DNA of 24,000 bases from Orbus mooreae (GTDB lineage: Bacteria; Pseudomonadota; Gammaproteobacteria; Enterobacterales; Orbaceae), in NCBI RefSeq assembly GCF_036251205.1, contig NZ_CP133958.1, one strand, 5' to 3'. How positions within the stretch are numbered: the first letter of the stretch is position 1; each line of letters opens with the position of its first letter. Shown one piece after another: positions 11,104-19,838 of the stretch. Both the position numbers and the translations under genes were made by a program. The notes under the pieces are model-generated. The model did not search any database and was not told the origin of the DNA. It worked only from the letters and a program-made list of their open reading frames with translations.

Positions 11104-11117
11104 TGTAAACGTATACA
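11104..11117. promoter_or_regulatory. LacI-family (GalR-type) operator upstream of lacZ
   Basis: TGTAAACGTATACA has a perfect TGTAAACG half-site and a TGTATACG second half-site. Its centre is 19 bp upstream of the CRP-like box centre, the same spacing as at lacY. Confidence 0.55.
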
Positions 11118-11188
11118 TTTATTTTCTAAAAAGAGTTAAGCGCATTTTTATTTTGTATTTTGAATACCGATTTCAATACTTAAAAATA

Positions 11189-12193
11189 CTAATATAACAT
11201 TTGAACTGAATAACGTTTTACTAACGTTGGAACAAAAAGATTGACAATATTATCTGGTGGTGCGCCATGTTTTGCTAATGCCAATGCTAATTGTGCAGCC
11301 TGTTGAGCCATCGATTGTAATGGATAACGAATAGTCGTCAATTTAGGATGCAGATAACGAGCTAATAATAAATCATCAAAACCAATAATAGAAACGCCAG
11401 CTGGAATTTTAATATCATTTTCATATAAAACAGACATAGCACCTGCAGCCATGGAGTCATTGTAGCAAGCGATTGCTGTTAACTGACAATTTCTTTCGAG
11501 TAAAGTCATCATTGCATATTCACCACCTTGTTCATTTGGTGAACCGTAAGCAATATTTCGTTGATTAAAATTAATATTGTTTTCAATCAGTGCATCTTCA
11601 TAACCTTTTAAACGATCAGATGCATCAGAGATATAATGATTTGAACATAGATAGCCAATTTGCTGGTGACCATTATGAATGAGATGGCGTATTGCTAATA
11701 AAGAACCATAATAATCATCTAATGCAATACAACGAGATTCATATTGGGGAACAATACGATTAATTAATACCATGCCAGGTACTTGCTCCATTAATCGAAT
11801 TAGCTCTTCATCTTTTAACATTTTGGCATGAACAACTAGGGCAGAGCATCGATGTTCAATCATCTGTGCAATAGCATTACGTTCCTGCTGCTCATCATGA
11901 TAACTGTTACCGATTAAAAGAAAATTATTAGTTTGATAAGCAACTTTTTCAACGGCACTCACCATTGCGCCAAAAAAGGGATCCGATACATCACCAACAA
12001 CAATACCAATAGTATTCGTGACTTGCTGTGATAATGCTCGAGCATTAGCATCAGGATAATAATTTAGAGCAAGCATCGCTTTTTCAACTGTTTCACGCGT
12101 ACTGCTACTCACATTATTAGCATGATTAATCACACGAGACACGGTGGCTACAGAAACATTTGCAATCCTTGCGACATCCTTTATTGTTGCCAT
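11189..12193 (-). CDS. galR: LacI-family repressor, GalR-like
   Basis: The 334 aa product is strongly colinear with E. coli GalR (MATIKDVAR.A.VSVATVSRVIN, PNANARAL.QQ, VVGDVSDPFFGAMV.AVE.VAY.T.NFLLIGN.YH.EQ.ER.AI, HRC.ALVVHAKM, CYNDSMAAGAM, GFDD, TT.RYP). GalS-type function cannot be excluded. Confidence 0.78.
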   Translation of the reverse strand: MATIKDVARIANVSVATVSRVINHANNVSSSTRETVEKAMLALNYYPDANARALSQQVTNTIGIVVGDVSDPFFGAMVSAVEKVAYQTNNFLLIGNSYHDEQQERNAIAQMIEHRCSALVVHAKMLKDEELIRLMEQVPGMVLINRIVPQYESRCIALDDYYGSLLAIRHLIHNGHQQIGYLCSNHYISDASDRLKGYEDALIENNINFNQRNIAYGSPNEQGGEYAMMTLLERNCQLTAIACYNDSMAAGAMSVLYENDIKIPAGVSIIGFDDLLLARYLHPKLTTIRYPLQSMAQQAAQLALALAKHGAPPDNIVNLFVPTLVKRYSVQMLY

Positions 12194-12372
12194 AAATAAT
12201 TATCTCATCAGTTATTCATCTGCTTATTAATGATTATAGTGTTATTCATTATCAAATAAAAATCAAATCTATTATGTCTAACATAAAGCGTTATCGATAT
12301 CTTAAAGAATAATGTAACGATAAAAAATTGTAGATATAGGAAGGGATAAATTACAAAAGAATATAGAAAGAA

Positions 12373-12415
12373 ATTATCCCTTATACCTAAGGATAACTCA
12401 GGAATAAGGGATAAT
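12373..12415 (-). terminator. Hairpin or terminator downstream of dnaJ
   Basis: A perfect 12 bp inverted repeat, ATTATCCCTTAT (12373..12384) and ATAAGGGATAAT (12404..12415), has a 19 nt loop. On the minus strand it is followed by the T-rich TTCTTTCTATATTCTTTTG. It begins 17 nt after the dnaJ stop. Confidence 0.5.
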
Positions 12416-12431
12416 GTTTTAAATGACTTAA

Positions 12432-13568
12432 CTAACCAAAAAATTTCTTCACTTTATCAAAAAAATTCTTCTCTTTTGGGCTATGCTTTGATGCTTTATC
12501 ACCAACTAAGCTTTCCCCAAACTCTTTTAGTAACTCTTTTTGCTTACTTGTTAAATTAACCGGTGTTTCAACAACAGTATGGCAATATAAATCACCCATT
12601 GTTGCGCCTCTAAGAGATTTTACACCTTTACCTTTCAGTCTAAATACTTTGCCTGTTTGAGTTTCAGCTGGAATAGTTAAGCTAACTTTGCCGCTTAGTG
12701 TTGGAACTTGGACTTCACCACCAAGGGAAGCTAATACAATATTAATTGGAATTTCGCAATGCAAATTGACACCATCACGTTCAAAAATAGCATGCTGTCT
12801 TACCTGAACCTGAACATAAAGATCACCAGATGGCGCACCATTTTTACCCGCTTCACCTTCACCAGACAAACGAATTCTGTTACCAGTATCAACGCCAGCA
12901 GGGATAGTAACTGATAAGGTTTTTGTTTTCTGCACACGGCCTTCACCATGACATTTCTTACATGGATTTTTAATTATTTTTCCACGGCCATGACATGTTG
13001 GACACTCTTGCTGTACTGCAAAAAAGCCTTGGCGCATTTGTACAACACCACTGCCATGACAGGTATCACAAGTTTTAATATCCGACGCATTTTCAGCACC
13101 TTTACCATGACAAGCATCACATTCAACTGCTGTTGGTACTTTAATTTCTTTTGAAACGCCAGTAGCGGCTTCCTCAAGTGTAAGCGTGATATTATATTGT
13201 AAATCATTTCCTCTTGATGCTGATTGACCACGACTTCGACCACCACCAAAGAACTCACCAAAAATATCACCAAAAGCATCGCCAAAATCAGCTCCACCAC
13301 CGAAACCTCCGCCGCCAAAGCCGCCATGCCCGCCCCCCTGTTCAAATGCTGCATGACCATATTGGTCGTAGGCTGCTTTCTTCTGTGAGTCGGTTAGAAT
13401 TTCATAAGCTTCTTTAACTTCTTTAAATTTAGCTTCTGCTTCAGTTTTATTATCCTGATTTTTATCAGGATGATATTTCATGGCAAGGCGTTTATAAGCT
13501 TTCTTAATCTCTCGCTCATCAGCATCTTTACTGACACCTAAAACCTCATAATAATCTTTCTTTGCCAT
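12432..13568 (-). CDS. dnaJ: Chaperone DnaJ (Hsp40)
   Basis: The 378 aa product has a J domain ([22 protein letters not shown]), a G/F-rich linker and four CxxCxGxG zinc-finger repeats. Confidence 0.97.
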   Translation of the reverse strand: MAKKDYYEVLGVSKDADEREIKKAYKRLAMKYHPDKNQDNKTEAEAKFKEVKEAYEILTDSQKKAAYDQYGHAAFEQGGGHGGFGGGGFGGGADFGDAFGDIFGEFFGGGRSRGQSASRGNDLQYNITLTLEEAATGVSKEIKVPTAVECDACHGKGAENASDIKTCDTCHGSGVVQMRQGFFAVQQECPTCHGRGKIIKNPCKKCHGEGRVQKTKTLSVTIPAGVDTGNRIRLSGEGEAGKNGAPSGDLYVQVQVRQHAIFERDGVNLHCEIPINIVLASLGGEVQVPTLSGKVSLTIPAETQTGKVFRLKGKGVKSLRGATMGDLYCHTVVETPVNLTSKQKELLKEFGESLVGDKASKHSPKEKNFFDKVKKFFG

Positions 13569-13738
13569 AATAATCCTTTAATTTTATTAAACTTATCTAC
13601 AAGATAATTTAGTGTTTATAGTGAGTTTAGTTATTTTTAGGCTCATAGCCTAAAGCACTAAATTTAATAGTGCTACATTAATAGCACTATTCATATTCAA
13701 TAAATAAAATAAATTTAAACTCTTTTTTTAAAAACACT

Positions 13739-13768
13739 AAACGGGCTTGAGTTACCCCTTGCCCGTTT
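13739..13768 (-). terminator. Hairpin just downstream of dnaK (candidate partial terminator or attenuator)
   Basis: AAACGGGC-(14 nt)-GCCCGTTT forms an 8 bp GC-rich stem. On the minus strand it is followed by TTTAGTGTTTTT, and it starts 54 nt after the dnaK stop. Confidence 0.5.
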
Positions 13769-13821
13769 TTATGATTTACCTAATCAGCTATCAGAGATAA
13801 CTTTTAGACAATAGCGCATTA

Positions 13822-15735
13822 TTATTTATTGTCATCAACTTCTTTAAAATCAGCATCAACAACGTCATCTTCTGCTTTAGCACTGCTATTTCCTGCATCA
13901 CTAGTCTGTTGACCACCAGCTTGTTGTTGAGCCATCTCTAATAATTTTTTCGATGCTTCAACTAATGCTTGAATTTTAGCTTCAATATCCGCTTTGTCTT
14001 CACCACGAGCTGCGATTTCTAACGCATTTACCGCTTCTTCAATCGCTTTTTTATCATCAGCAGGTAATTGATCGCCAGCTTCAGATACTTGTTTACGTGT
14101 TGAGTGAACAAGGTGATCCGCTTGGTTACGAATTTGTGCTAACTCTTCAAACTTACGATCTGCTTCAGCATTCACTTCTGCATCACGAACCATTTTTTGA
14201 ATCTCTTCTTCACTTAAACCAGAAGAGGCTTTAATGGTAATGTTTTGCTCACGACCCGTATTTTTATCTTTTGCTGATACATGTAAAATACCATCAGCAT
14301 CAATATCAAATGTTACTTCAATTTGTGGTGTACCACGTGGTGCCGGTTGAATACCATCAAGATTAAACTGACCTAATGATTTATTATCACTCGCACGTTT
14401 ACGCTCACCTTGTAACACATGTATTGTTACTGCAGATTGGTTATCATCCGCGGTTGAGAATACTTGACTATGTTTAGTTGGAATAGTGGTGTTTTTCTCG
14501 ATTAACGGAGTCATCACACTACCCATGGTTTCAATACCTAATGATAATGGTGTTACATCAAGTAATAATACATCTTTAACATCACCGCCAAGTACACCAC
14601 CTTGAACTGCCGCACCAACTGCTACTGCTTCATCAGGGTTAACATCTTTACGTGGTTCTTTACCAAAGAAGTCTGCAACAACTTTTTGAACCATCGGCAT
14701 ACGAGTCTGACCACCAACTAAAATCACATCTTGGATATCAGAAACTGATAAGCCAGCATCTTTTAACGCAGTTTTTACCGGATCCATTGAACGTTTAACT
14801 AAATCTTCAACTAAAGATTCTAATTTAGCTCGTGTCACTTTAATATTTAAGTGTTTTGGACCAGTTGCATCAGCAGTGATATACGGTAAATTGATATCAG
14901 TTTGTTGTGCTGATGATAATTCAATTTTGGCTTTTTCAGCCGCTTCTTTTAAACGTTGCATCGCTAATGGATCATTTTTAAGATCGAAACCTTGCTCACG
15001 TTTAAATTCTTCAACTAAATAGTTGATTAGACGTGAATCGAAATCTTCACCACCTAAATGAGTATCACCATTTGTTGCTAATACTTCAAATGTTTTTTCA
15101 CCATCAACATCATCAATTTCGATAATAGAGATATCAAATGTACCACCACCTAAGTCATAAACAGCAATAGTACGGTTACCAACATCTTTATCTAAACCAT
15201 AAGCAAGCGCAGCTGCTGTTGGTTCATTAATAATACGTTTAACTTCTAGACCAGCAATACGACCAGCATCTTTTGTTGCTTGACGCTGAGCATCGTTAAA
15301 GTAAGCCGGTACTGTAATTACCGCTTCAGTTACCGCTTCACCAAGATAATCTTCTGCTGTTTTTTTCATTTTCTTTAATACTTCAGCTGAAATTTGTGGT
15401 GGAGCAATTTTTTGGCCTTTAATATCAACCCAAGCATCACCATTATCTGCTTTAACAATTTTGTAAGGCATGATGCTTACATCACGTTGAACTTCAGCAT
15501 CTTCATAACGACGACCAATTAAACGTTTAATAGCAAATAATGTATTTTGTGGATTAGTTACAGCCTGACGTTTAGCTGGTTGACCAACTAAAATTTCACC
15601 ATCTTGAGTATAAGCAATAATCGATGGGGTTGTGCGATCACCTTCAGCATTTTCTAATACTTTAGCCTGACCATTATCCATTACTGCAACACATGAATTT
15701 GTTGTACCTAAATCAATACCAATAATTTTACCCAT
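13822..15735 (-). CDS. dnaK: Chaperone DnaK (Hsp70)
   Basis: The 637 aa product shows the Hsp70 signatures [17 protein letters not shown] and [11 protein letters not shown], preceded by an AGGAGA RBS. Confidence 0.98.
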   Translation of the reverse strand: MGKIIGIDLGTTNSCVAVMDNGQAKVLENAEGDRTTPSIIAYTQDGEILVGQPAKRQAVTNPQNTLFAIKRLIGRRYEDAEVQRDVSIMPYKIVKADNGDAWVDIKGQKIAPPQISAEVLKKMKKTAEDYLGEAVTEAVITVPAYFNDAQRQATKDAGRIAGLEVKRIINEPTAAALAYGLDKDVGNRTIAVYDLGGGTFDISIIEIDDVDGEKTFEVLATNGDTHLGGEDFDSRLINYLVEEFKREQGFDLKNDPLAMQRLKEAAEKAKIELSSAQQTDINLPYITADATGPKHLNIKVTRAKLESLVEDLVKRSMDPVKTALKDAGLSVSDIQDVILVGGQTRMPMVQKVVADFFGKEPRKDVNPDEAVAVGAAVQGGVLGGDVKDVLLLDVTPLSLGIETMGSVMTPLIEKNTTIPTKHSQVFSTADDNQSAVTIHVLQGERKRASDNKSLGQFNLDGIQPAPRGTPQIEVTFDIDADGILHVSAKDKNTGREQNITIKASSGLSEEEIQKMVRDAEVNAEADRKFEELAQIRNQADHLVHSTRKQVSEAGDQLPADDKKAIEEAVNALEIAARGEDKADIEAKIQALVEASKKLLEMAQQQAGGQQTSDAGNSSAKAEDDVVDADFKEVDDNK

Positions 15736-15837
15736 AATAATCTTCTCCTAGAAACCTGTATTTTATTTCTTGTATATAGGTCTTAAATATTTTTTTTCAA
15801 GCCCTCAATATTTACAAGGAAATATTCTGTTTCCACA

Positions 15838-15866
15838 TAAATGGGATCGTTATTAATAATATCAAG
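15838..15866 (-). promoter_or_regulatory. Sigma32 heat-shock promoter of dnaK
   Basis: The minus strand reads CCCCTTGATA-(14 nt)-CCCATTTAT. E. coli dnaK P1 is CCCCCTTGATGA-(13 nt)-CCCCATTTA, and the sigma32 consensus is CTTGAAA-N13-14-CCCCATnT. Confidence 0.7.
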
Positions 15867-15971
15867 GGGAAAAATTAAATTTTTTTTCAATGCCTATTGA
15901 TTGATAGTGTCTCTACCCTTATTATTGCAGCGCTTAAAAACACTAACTACACTTATTATCAGTAGGATTTT

Positions 15972-16544
15972 ATGGAAAACATTAAATTAGCCAACCCAGG
16001 ACCATTAGGTTTAATGGGATTTGGTATGACAACAGTATTATTAAATATTCATAATGCAGGATTTTTCCCTGTTGCAACAGCGATTGTTTCAATGGGTATT
16101 TTTTACGGTGGACTTGCACAAGTTATTGCTGGAATCTTAGAATTCCGTAAAGGCAACACATTTGGTACAACCGCATTTACCTCCTATGGTTTTTTCTGGA
16201 TCGCTTTAGTTGGTATCTGGTATTTACCGACATCAGCGGCAACCGCACCAACAGATAAAGTATTTCTTGGAATCTTTTTAGCATTATGGGGAATTTTCAC
16301 AGCATTTATGTTTATCGGTACTCTTAAAGCAAATAAAGGACTACAGTTTGTATTTGGTAGCTTAACTATTCTATTTGCTTTACTTGCTATTGGTAATATC
16401 GCTGATAACCATACAATTATTAATATCGCTGGTTTTGAAGGTATTATTTGTGGTGCAAGTGCAATCTATTTAGCAATGGCTGAAGTTCTAAATGAACAAT
16501 ATGGCCGAACAATTTTACCAATTGGTGCGCCTAAAAATAAATAG
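15972..16544 (+). CDS. satP: Succinate-acetate/proton symporter (GPR1/FUN34/YaaH family)
   Basis: The 190 aa product is colinear with E. coli SatP/YaaH (KLANP.PLGLMGFGMTT.LLN.HN, FYGG.AQ..AG.LE..KGNTFG.TAFTSYG.FW, LFALLAIGNIA, GASAIYLAM.EVLNEQ.GRT.LPIG). As in E. coli it is the divergent neighbour of dnaK. Confidence 0.9.
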   Translation: MENIKLANPGPLGLMGFGMTTVLLNIHNAGFFPVATAIVSMGIFYGGLAQVIAGILEFRKGNTFGTTAFTSYGFFWIALVGIWYLPTSAATAPTDKVFLGIFLALWGIFTAFMFIGTLKANKGLQFVFGSLTILFALLAIGNIADNHTIINIAGFEGIICGASAIYLAMAEVLNEQYGRTILPIGAPKNK

Positions 16545-16560
16545 TTAGCAATAAAATTAA

Positions 16561-16592
16561 ATTAAGGGAATGCTTAATTCCCTTAATATTTT
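16561..16592 (+). terminator. Terminator of satP
   Basis: ATTAAGGGAAT-GCTTA-ATTCCCTTAAT forms an 11 bp stem and is followed by ATTTTA. Confidence 0.6.
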
Positions 16593-16711
16593 AACTATTT
16601 CTGTTCTTTTTTTCATCATTACTTAACAATAGTTTTATTGAATAATTTATTTTTATAATTACAATCGACGCCTCTAATAAAAATTTTATAAAAATAGATT
16701 AAGAGTAAACA

Positions 16712-18136
16712 ATGGAAAACAGGAAAAAATTATCTATCTTTAAATCATTACCCATTATTATAACAGCCATATTGCCAATCAATGCCTTAGCTATCAAAGC
16801 ACAAACATCACTGACAATACAAGGTCAATCACCATATATATGGGATATTTAAAAAAATAATATCATTCTTACATCAGATGAATTTTTAACGATAAGTGTA
16901 CCAAACGATAGTGGCACTTCGACTATATTACCAAGTTCAGCAAGTAAATCGATCGATTTTCCGGTAGGAAAAACATTTAATGATATTGTAACTAAAGCAA
17001 TCACTGCTGATAATCAAGACCGTAGTTTCTCATCACTAGCAACTTATTATAAATCATATGACTATGATGGAGATACTCCTGGAACGATTGATGGTTCCAT
17101 TAAAGCTGTTTGGAAAAATAATGGTGAAGTAATTACAGCGCTAAATAGTCAACCAACTACTTGTGGTGGTCCGTATTCACTAACGGTATCTATCACCAAT
17201 ACATCAGCCAAAACACAATATGGTGATCCAAGATTAAGAGATTATGGAACCCAATCGGTAACATACACTTTTAAACAAGCAGATATGGCTATTTGCTATT
17301 TACAACCTTTAAACTTAAAGACTTACCCAGCAAGTAGTGGATTAGGTGGTGGCTATGATAGTACTAGTTATGATCCGAACAATGGTTTTTTACCTAAAAA
17401 CAAAGAGTTCCCAGGTACTGCATTTAAAGGCGCTGGATTTTATATCCTAGGATCAGGCGGAGATCAAAGCAAATATAAATGCTCAATTTCTAGTGGTGCA
17501 AGTAATGTGGTTAAATTATCGACGGTATCAGGAAAATCTGGTCAAAATTGTTACGTCGAATATACAAGTACTCAGCCTTCAAGCGATATTACCATTGATC
17601 TATCCTATGAAAGAGAACCAAACGTATATGAAAAAATTGATAGTTATACATTCAAAAAACCGAGCAAATGGATGACAGTTCAAGGACCTAAACCCTATTT
17701 TGCTAGCACAAAGGTCAATCCAAATGAACAAAGTGTTTACCCAGCCGCAAATGTATGCGCAGGTAACGCCGCAACAGCTACAATGACCTATGCAAAATCA
17801 TTGACTTATTTCTACTCAACTCAAGATATTAGCAATATTCCCTTAGCGTCAGACGGTTCCGTAACAATAAGCGGAAATGCTAGATTTACACGTACACTGG
17901 ATAAAACATTTATGGGCGTCTGGGAAGACCTATATAATGGATATCCGAATAGTGATTTTTATAATAGAACAGCTTCTGATGGCAATGGTAATACTTATAA
18001 AACAGATACATTGCTCGTTGGACCTGCTCGAAATGTTAATCCAATTAGTGAACAATTTGTTGTTGGATTAGATGTTGGTCTTACTGGATGGCAACAGCGA
18101 TCTAACTTATTTGCCTGTAAGGAAACCGTTTATTAA
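16712..18136 (+). pseudogene. Secreted or periplasmic protein of unknown function: a 474-codon frame interrupted by one in-frame TAA at 16850..16852
   Basis: An AAGAG RBS precedes the ATG at 16712. The frame encodes a classical Sec signal peptide, MENRKKLSIFKSLPIIITAILPINALA/IKAQ, then TAA at codon 47. My codon-by-codon read found the same frame open from 16853 to the stop at 18136, which includes the track ORF 17285..18136. There is no in-frame ATG, GTG or TTG between 16853 and 17285 and no SD before 17285. The mature part is rich in S, T, N, Y and G and has 6 Cys. I do not recognise a family. Confidence 0.6.
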
Positions 18137-18203
18137 TTCGTTATTTTTTTGCTGTATTACTTAATTATAGTGTAAAAATCAACGATAAATTTGAGATCGT
18201 AAT

Positions 18204-18231
18204 AAAAAAGCCCAATACAAGGGCTTTTTTT
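18204..18231. terminator. Bidirectional terminator between the secreted-protein gene and the OYE gene
   Basis: AAGCCC-AATACAA-GGGCTT is flanked by an A-run on the left and a T7 run on the right. Confidence 0.8.
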
Positions 18232-18244
18232 ATATGATTTAATA

Positions 18245-19336
18245 TTATTTAAAGAGTGCTTTTGCTCCATGAGGGGCACTACGATAATATTGTGGAGGTA
18301 CTGTCACTTGAGCAGCTAAAGCTTTAGCTGCAAACCAAGGCCAATGAGGATTGAATAACATATCTCGGCCAATCGCTACCATATCAGCTTGCCCGGTTAA
18401 TACAATTGCTTCAGCTTGTGCCGCTTCCGTAATTAAACCTACAGCAATAACAGGCATACTTACTTGCTGTTTTATTGCTTGAGCAAAAGGTACCTGATAA
18501 TTAGGCCCAACTAGAATTTTTTGTCTTATATCTAAACCACCAGTTGAAACATGAATATAACTACAACCAAGTTTATCTAATGCTTTTGCTAGTATAATGG
18601 ACTCATCTAAATTCCAACCGTCATCAACCCAATCAGTTGCTGAAATACGAATACCGACACCTTTATGTTTAGGGAAAACGGCACGAATAGCTTGAAATAT
18701 TTCGAGAACAAATCTCATACGGTTTTCAAGACTACCACCATATTGATCAGTACGATGATTTGATAAAGGAGATAAAAATTGATGGATTAAATAACCGTGA
18801 GCACCATGAATTTCAATAAAATCGATACCAGCTTTATCTGCACGAACAGCCGCATCAGCAAATTGTTTAACAATATTTTTAACTTGTTCAGTCGTTAACT
18901 CTTGTGGTGTATCATAATTAGTATCAAAAGCGATTGCAGAAGGCGCAACTGTTTGCCATCCACCTTGTGATACTGGAACATGCTTTTCTTCCTGCCAGGG
19001 TGCAGGCATTGAAGCTTTACGACCAGCATGAACGAGTTGAATTGTAATAGGCATTTTTGAATATTGACGTATTGATGAAACTAGAGAAGCCATCGCTTGC
19101 TCTTGCTCATCTCCCCATATACCTAAATCAAACGGAGATAAACGGCCCTCTGGGCAAACAGAAGTTGCTTCTAAAATCATTAAACCTGCGCCAGAGTGTG
19201 AAAGTGAACCATAATGCATTAAATGCCAATCACTAACTAAACCATTAGTTGCTGAATATTGGCACATTGGTGGAATAACAATCCGGTTTTCAAAGTTCTG
19301 TGCACCAATTTTAATTGGGCTAAATAATTTACTCAT
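18245..19336 (-). CDS. NADH:flavin oxidoreductase, Old Yellow Enzyme family (YqjM/NamA-like)
   Basis: The 363 aa product shows the N-terminal OYE pattern F.P..IG....NRIV.PPMCQYSA..G...DWH..HYG and the TIM-barrel motifs GFD.IEIHGAHGYL..QFLSP..N.R.D.YGGS.ENR. An AGGAG RBS is present. Confidence 0.85.
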   Translation of the reverse strand: MSKLFSPIKIGAQNFENRIVIPPMCQYSATNGLVSDWHLMHYGSLSHSGAGLMILEATSVCPEGRLSPFDLGIWGDEQEQAMASLVSSIRQYSKMPITIQLVHAGRKASMPAPWQEEKHVPVSQGGWQTVAPSAIAFDTNYDTPQELTTEQVKNIVKQFADAAVRADKAGIDFIEIHGAHGYLIHQFLSPLSNHRTDQYGGSLENRMRFVLEIFQAIRAVFPKHKGVGIRISATDWVDDGWNLDESIILAKALDKLGCSYIHVSTGGLDIRQKILVGPNYQVPFAQAIKQQVSMPVIAVGLITEAAQAEAIVLTGQADMVAIGRDMLFNPHWPWFAAKALAAQVTVPPQYYRSAPHGAKALFK

Positions 19337-19470
19337 GTTGAACTCCTATACTAATAAAGAAAAAATTGAATCGTTTGATATAAATTGATTATAATCTTTT
19401 TCTATTTTTTAGAAAGAATGCACTTTTTAGTGTGATATACACCAAAAGGAAAGTAAAAGGGAAAAAACAG

Positions 19471-19788
19471 ATGTTAATAATAGATAAAAAACCATTTGAA
19501 TACACGCTATCGATTATTGCTGGAAAATGGAAAATGAAAATAATCTATCTACTTATTAATTGTGAAATAGCTCGCTATGGAGAAATAAAACGCAGCATTA
19601 CGGGTATTACCCACAAAATGCTCAGTGCGCAGTTAAAAGAGCTAGAACAAGATGGTATTATTAATCGAAAAGAGTATCCACAAATCCCCCCTAAAGTAGA
19701 ATATTCACTAACACTAAAGGGAAAAAGTTTAAAACAGCTTATTTCAGATATTTGTCAGTGGGGAATCGATAACGATAATTCTCATTAA
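19471..19788 (+). CDS. HxlR-family winged-helix transcriptional regulator
   Basis: The product has the typical HxlR core: ...IAGKWKMKIIYLL......RYGEIKR.I.GITHKMLS.QLKELE.DGII.R.EYPQIPPKVEYSLT.KG. I start at the ATG at 19471 (105 aa). The track's GTG at 19432 adds 13 K/R-rich residues with no support. The gene is divergent from the OYE gene. Confidence 0.75.
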   Translation: MLIIDKKPFEYTLSIIAGKWKMKIIYLLINCEIARYGEIKRSITGITHKMLSAQLKELEQDGIINRKEYPQIPPKVEYSLTLKGKSLKQLISDICQWGIDNDNSH

Positions 19789-19811
19789 AAAACCCACAGA
19801 AATTATGGGTT
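19785..19811 (-). terminator. Rho-independent terminator of def
   Basis: The minus strand reads AACCCA-TAATTTCTG-TGGGTT followed by TTTTTT. It lies 27 nt after the def stop and overlaps the hxlR-family stop codon. Confidence 0.65.
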
Positions 19812-19838
19812 ATAACAATATGAATAGTGACTAATTGA

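Noticed and set aside
12300-12325. Possible autoregulatory LacI-family operator upstream of the GalR-like gene (AATGTAACGATAAAA, and CATAAAGCGTTATCG a few bases upstream at 12283..12297).
   Set aside because: When centred on the CG, neither sequence aligns with TGTAAnCGnTTACA. Half-sites are shifted by one base or match at 2 of 5 positions or fewer.
12948-13417. Overlapping ORFs on both strands (68, 128 and 67 aa) inside dnaJ.
   Set aside because: They are by-products of the repetitive GGx (G/F-rich) and CxxCxGxG coding region. The H/Q/R-rich or V-rich translations are not protein-like.
16850-16860. Phase variation through the A7 run next to the TAA in the secreted-protein gene.
   Set aside because: The stop codon uses the T before the run plus the run's first two A residues. 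Changing the A-run length cannot remove the stop and would only frameshift the downstream part.
17493-18071. Two plus-strand alternative-frame ORFs (60 and 64 aa) inside the secreted-protein gene.
   Set aside because: They are out-of-frame with the long open frame and have no RBS.
19432-19470. The GTG start given by the ORF track for the HxlR-family gene.
   Set aside because: It adds 13 K/R-rich residues (MIYTKRKVKGKKQ) not typical of the family. The ATG at 19471 gives a standard 105 aa HxlR protein. The choice remains somewhat uncertain.
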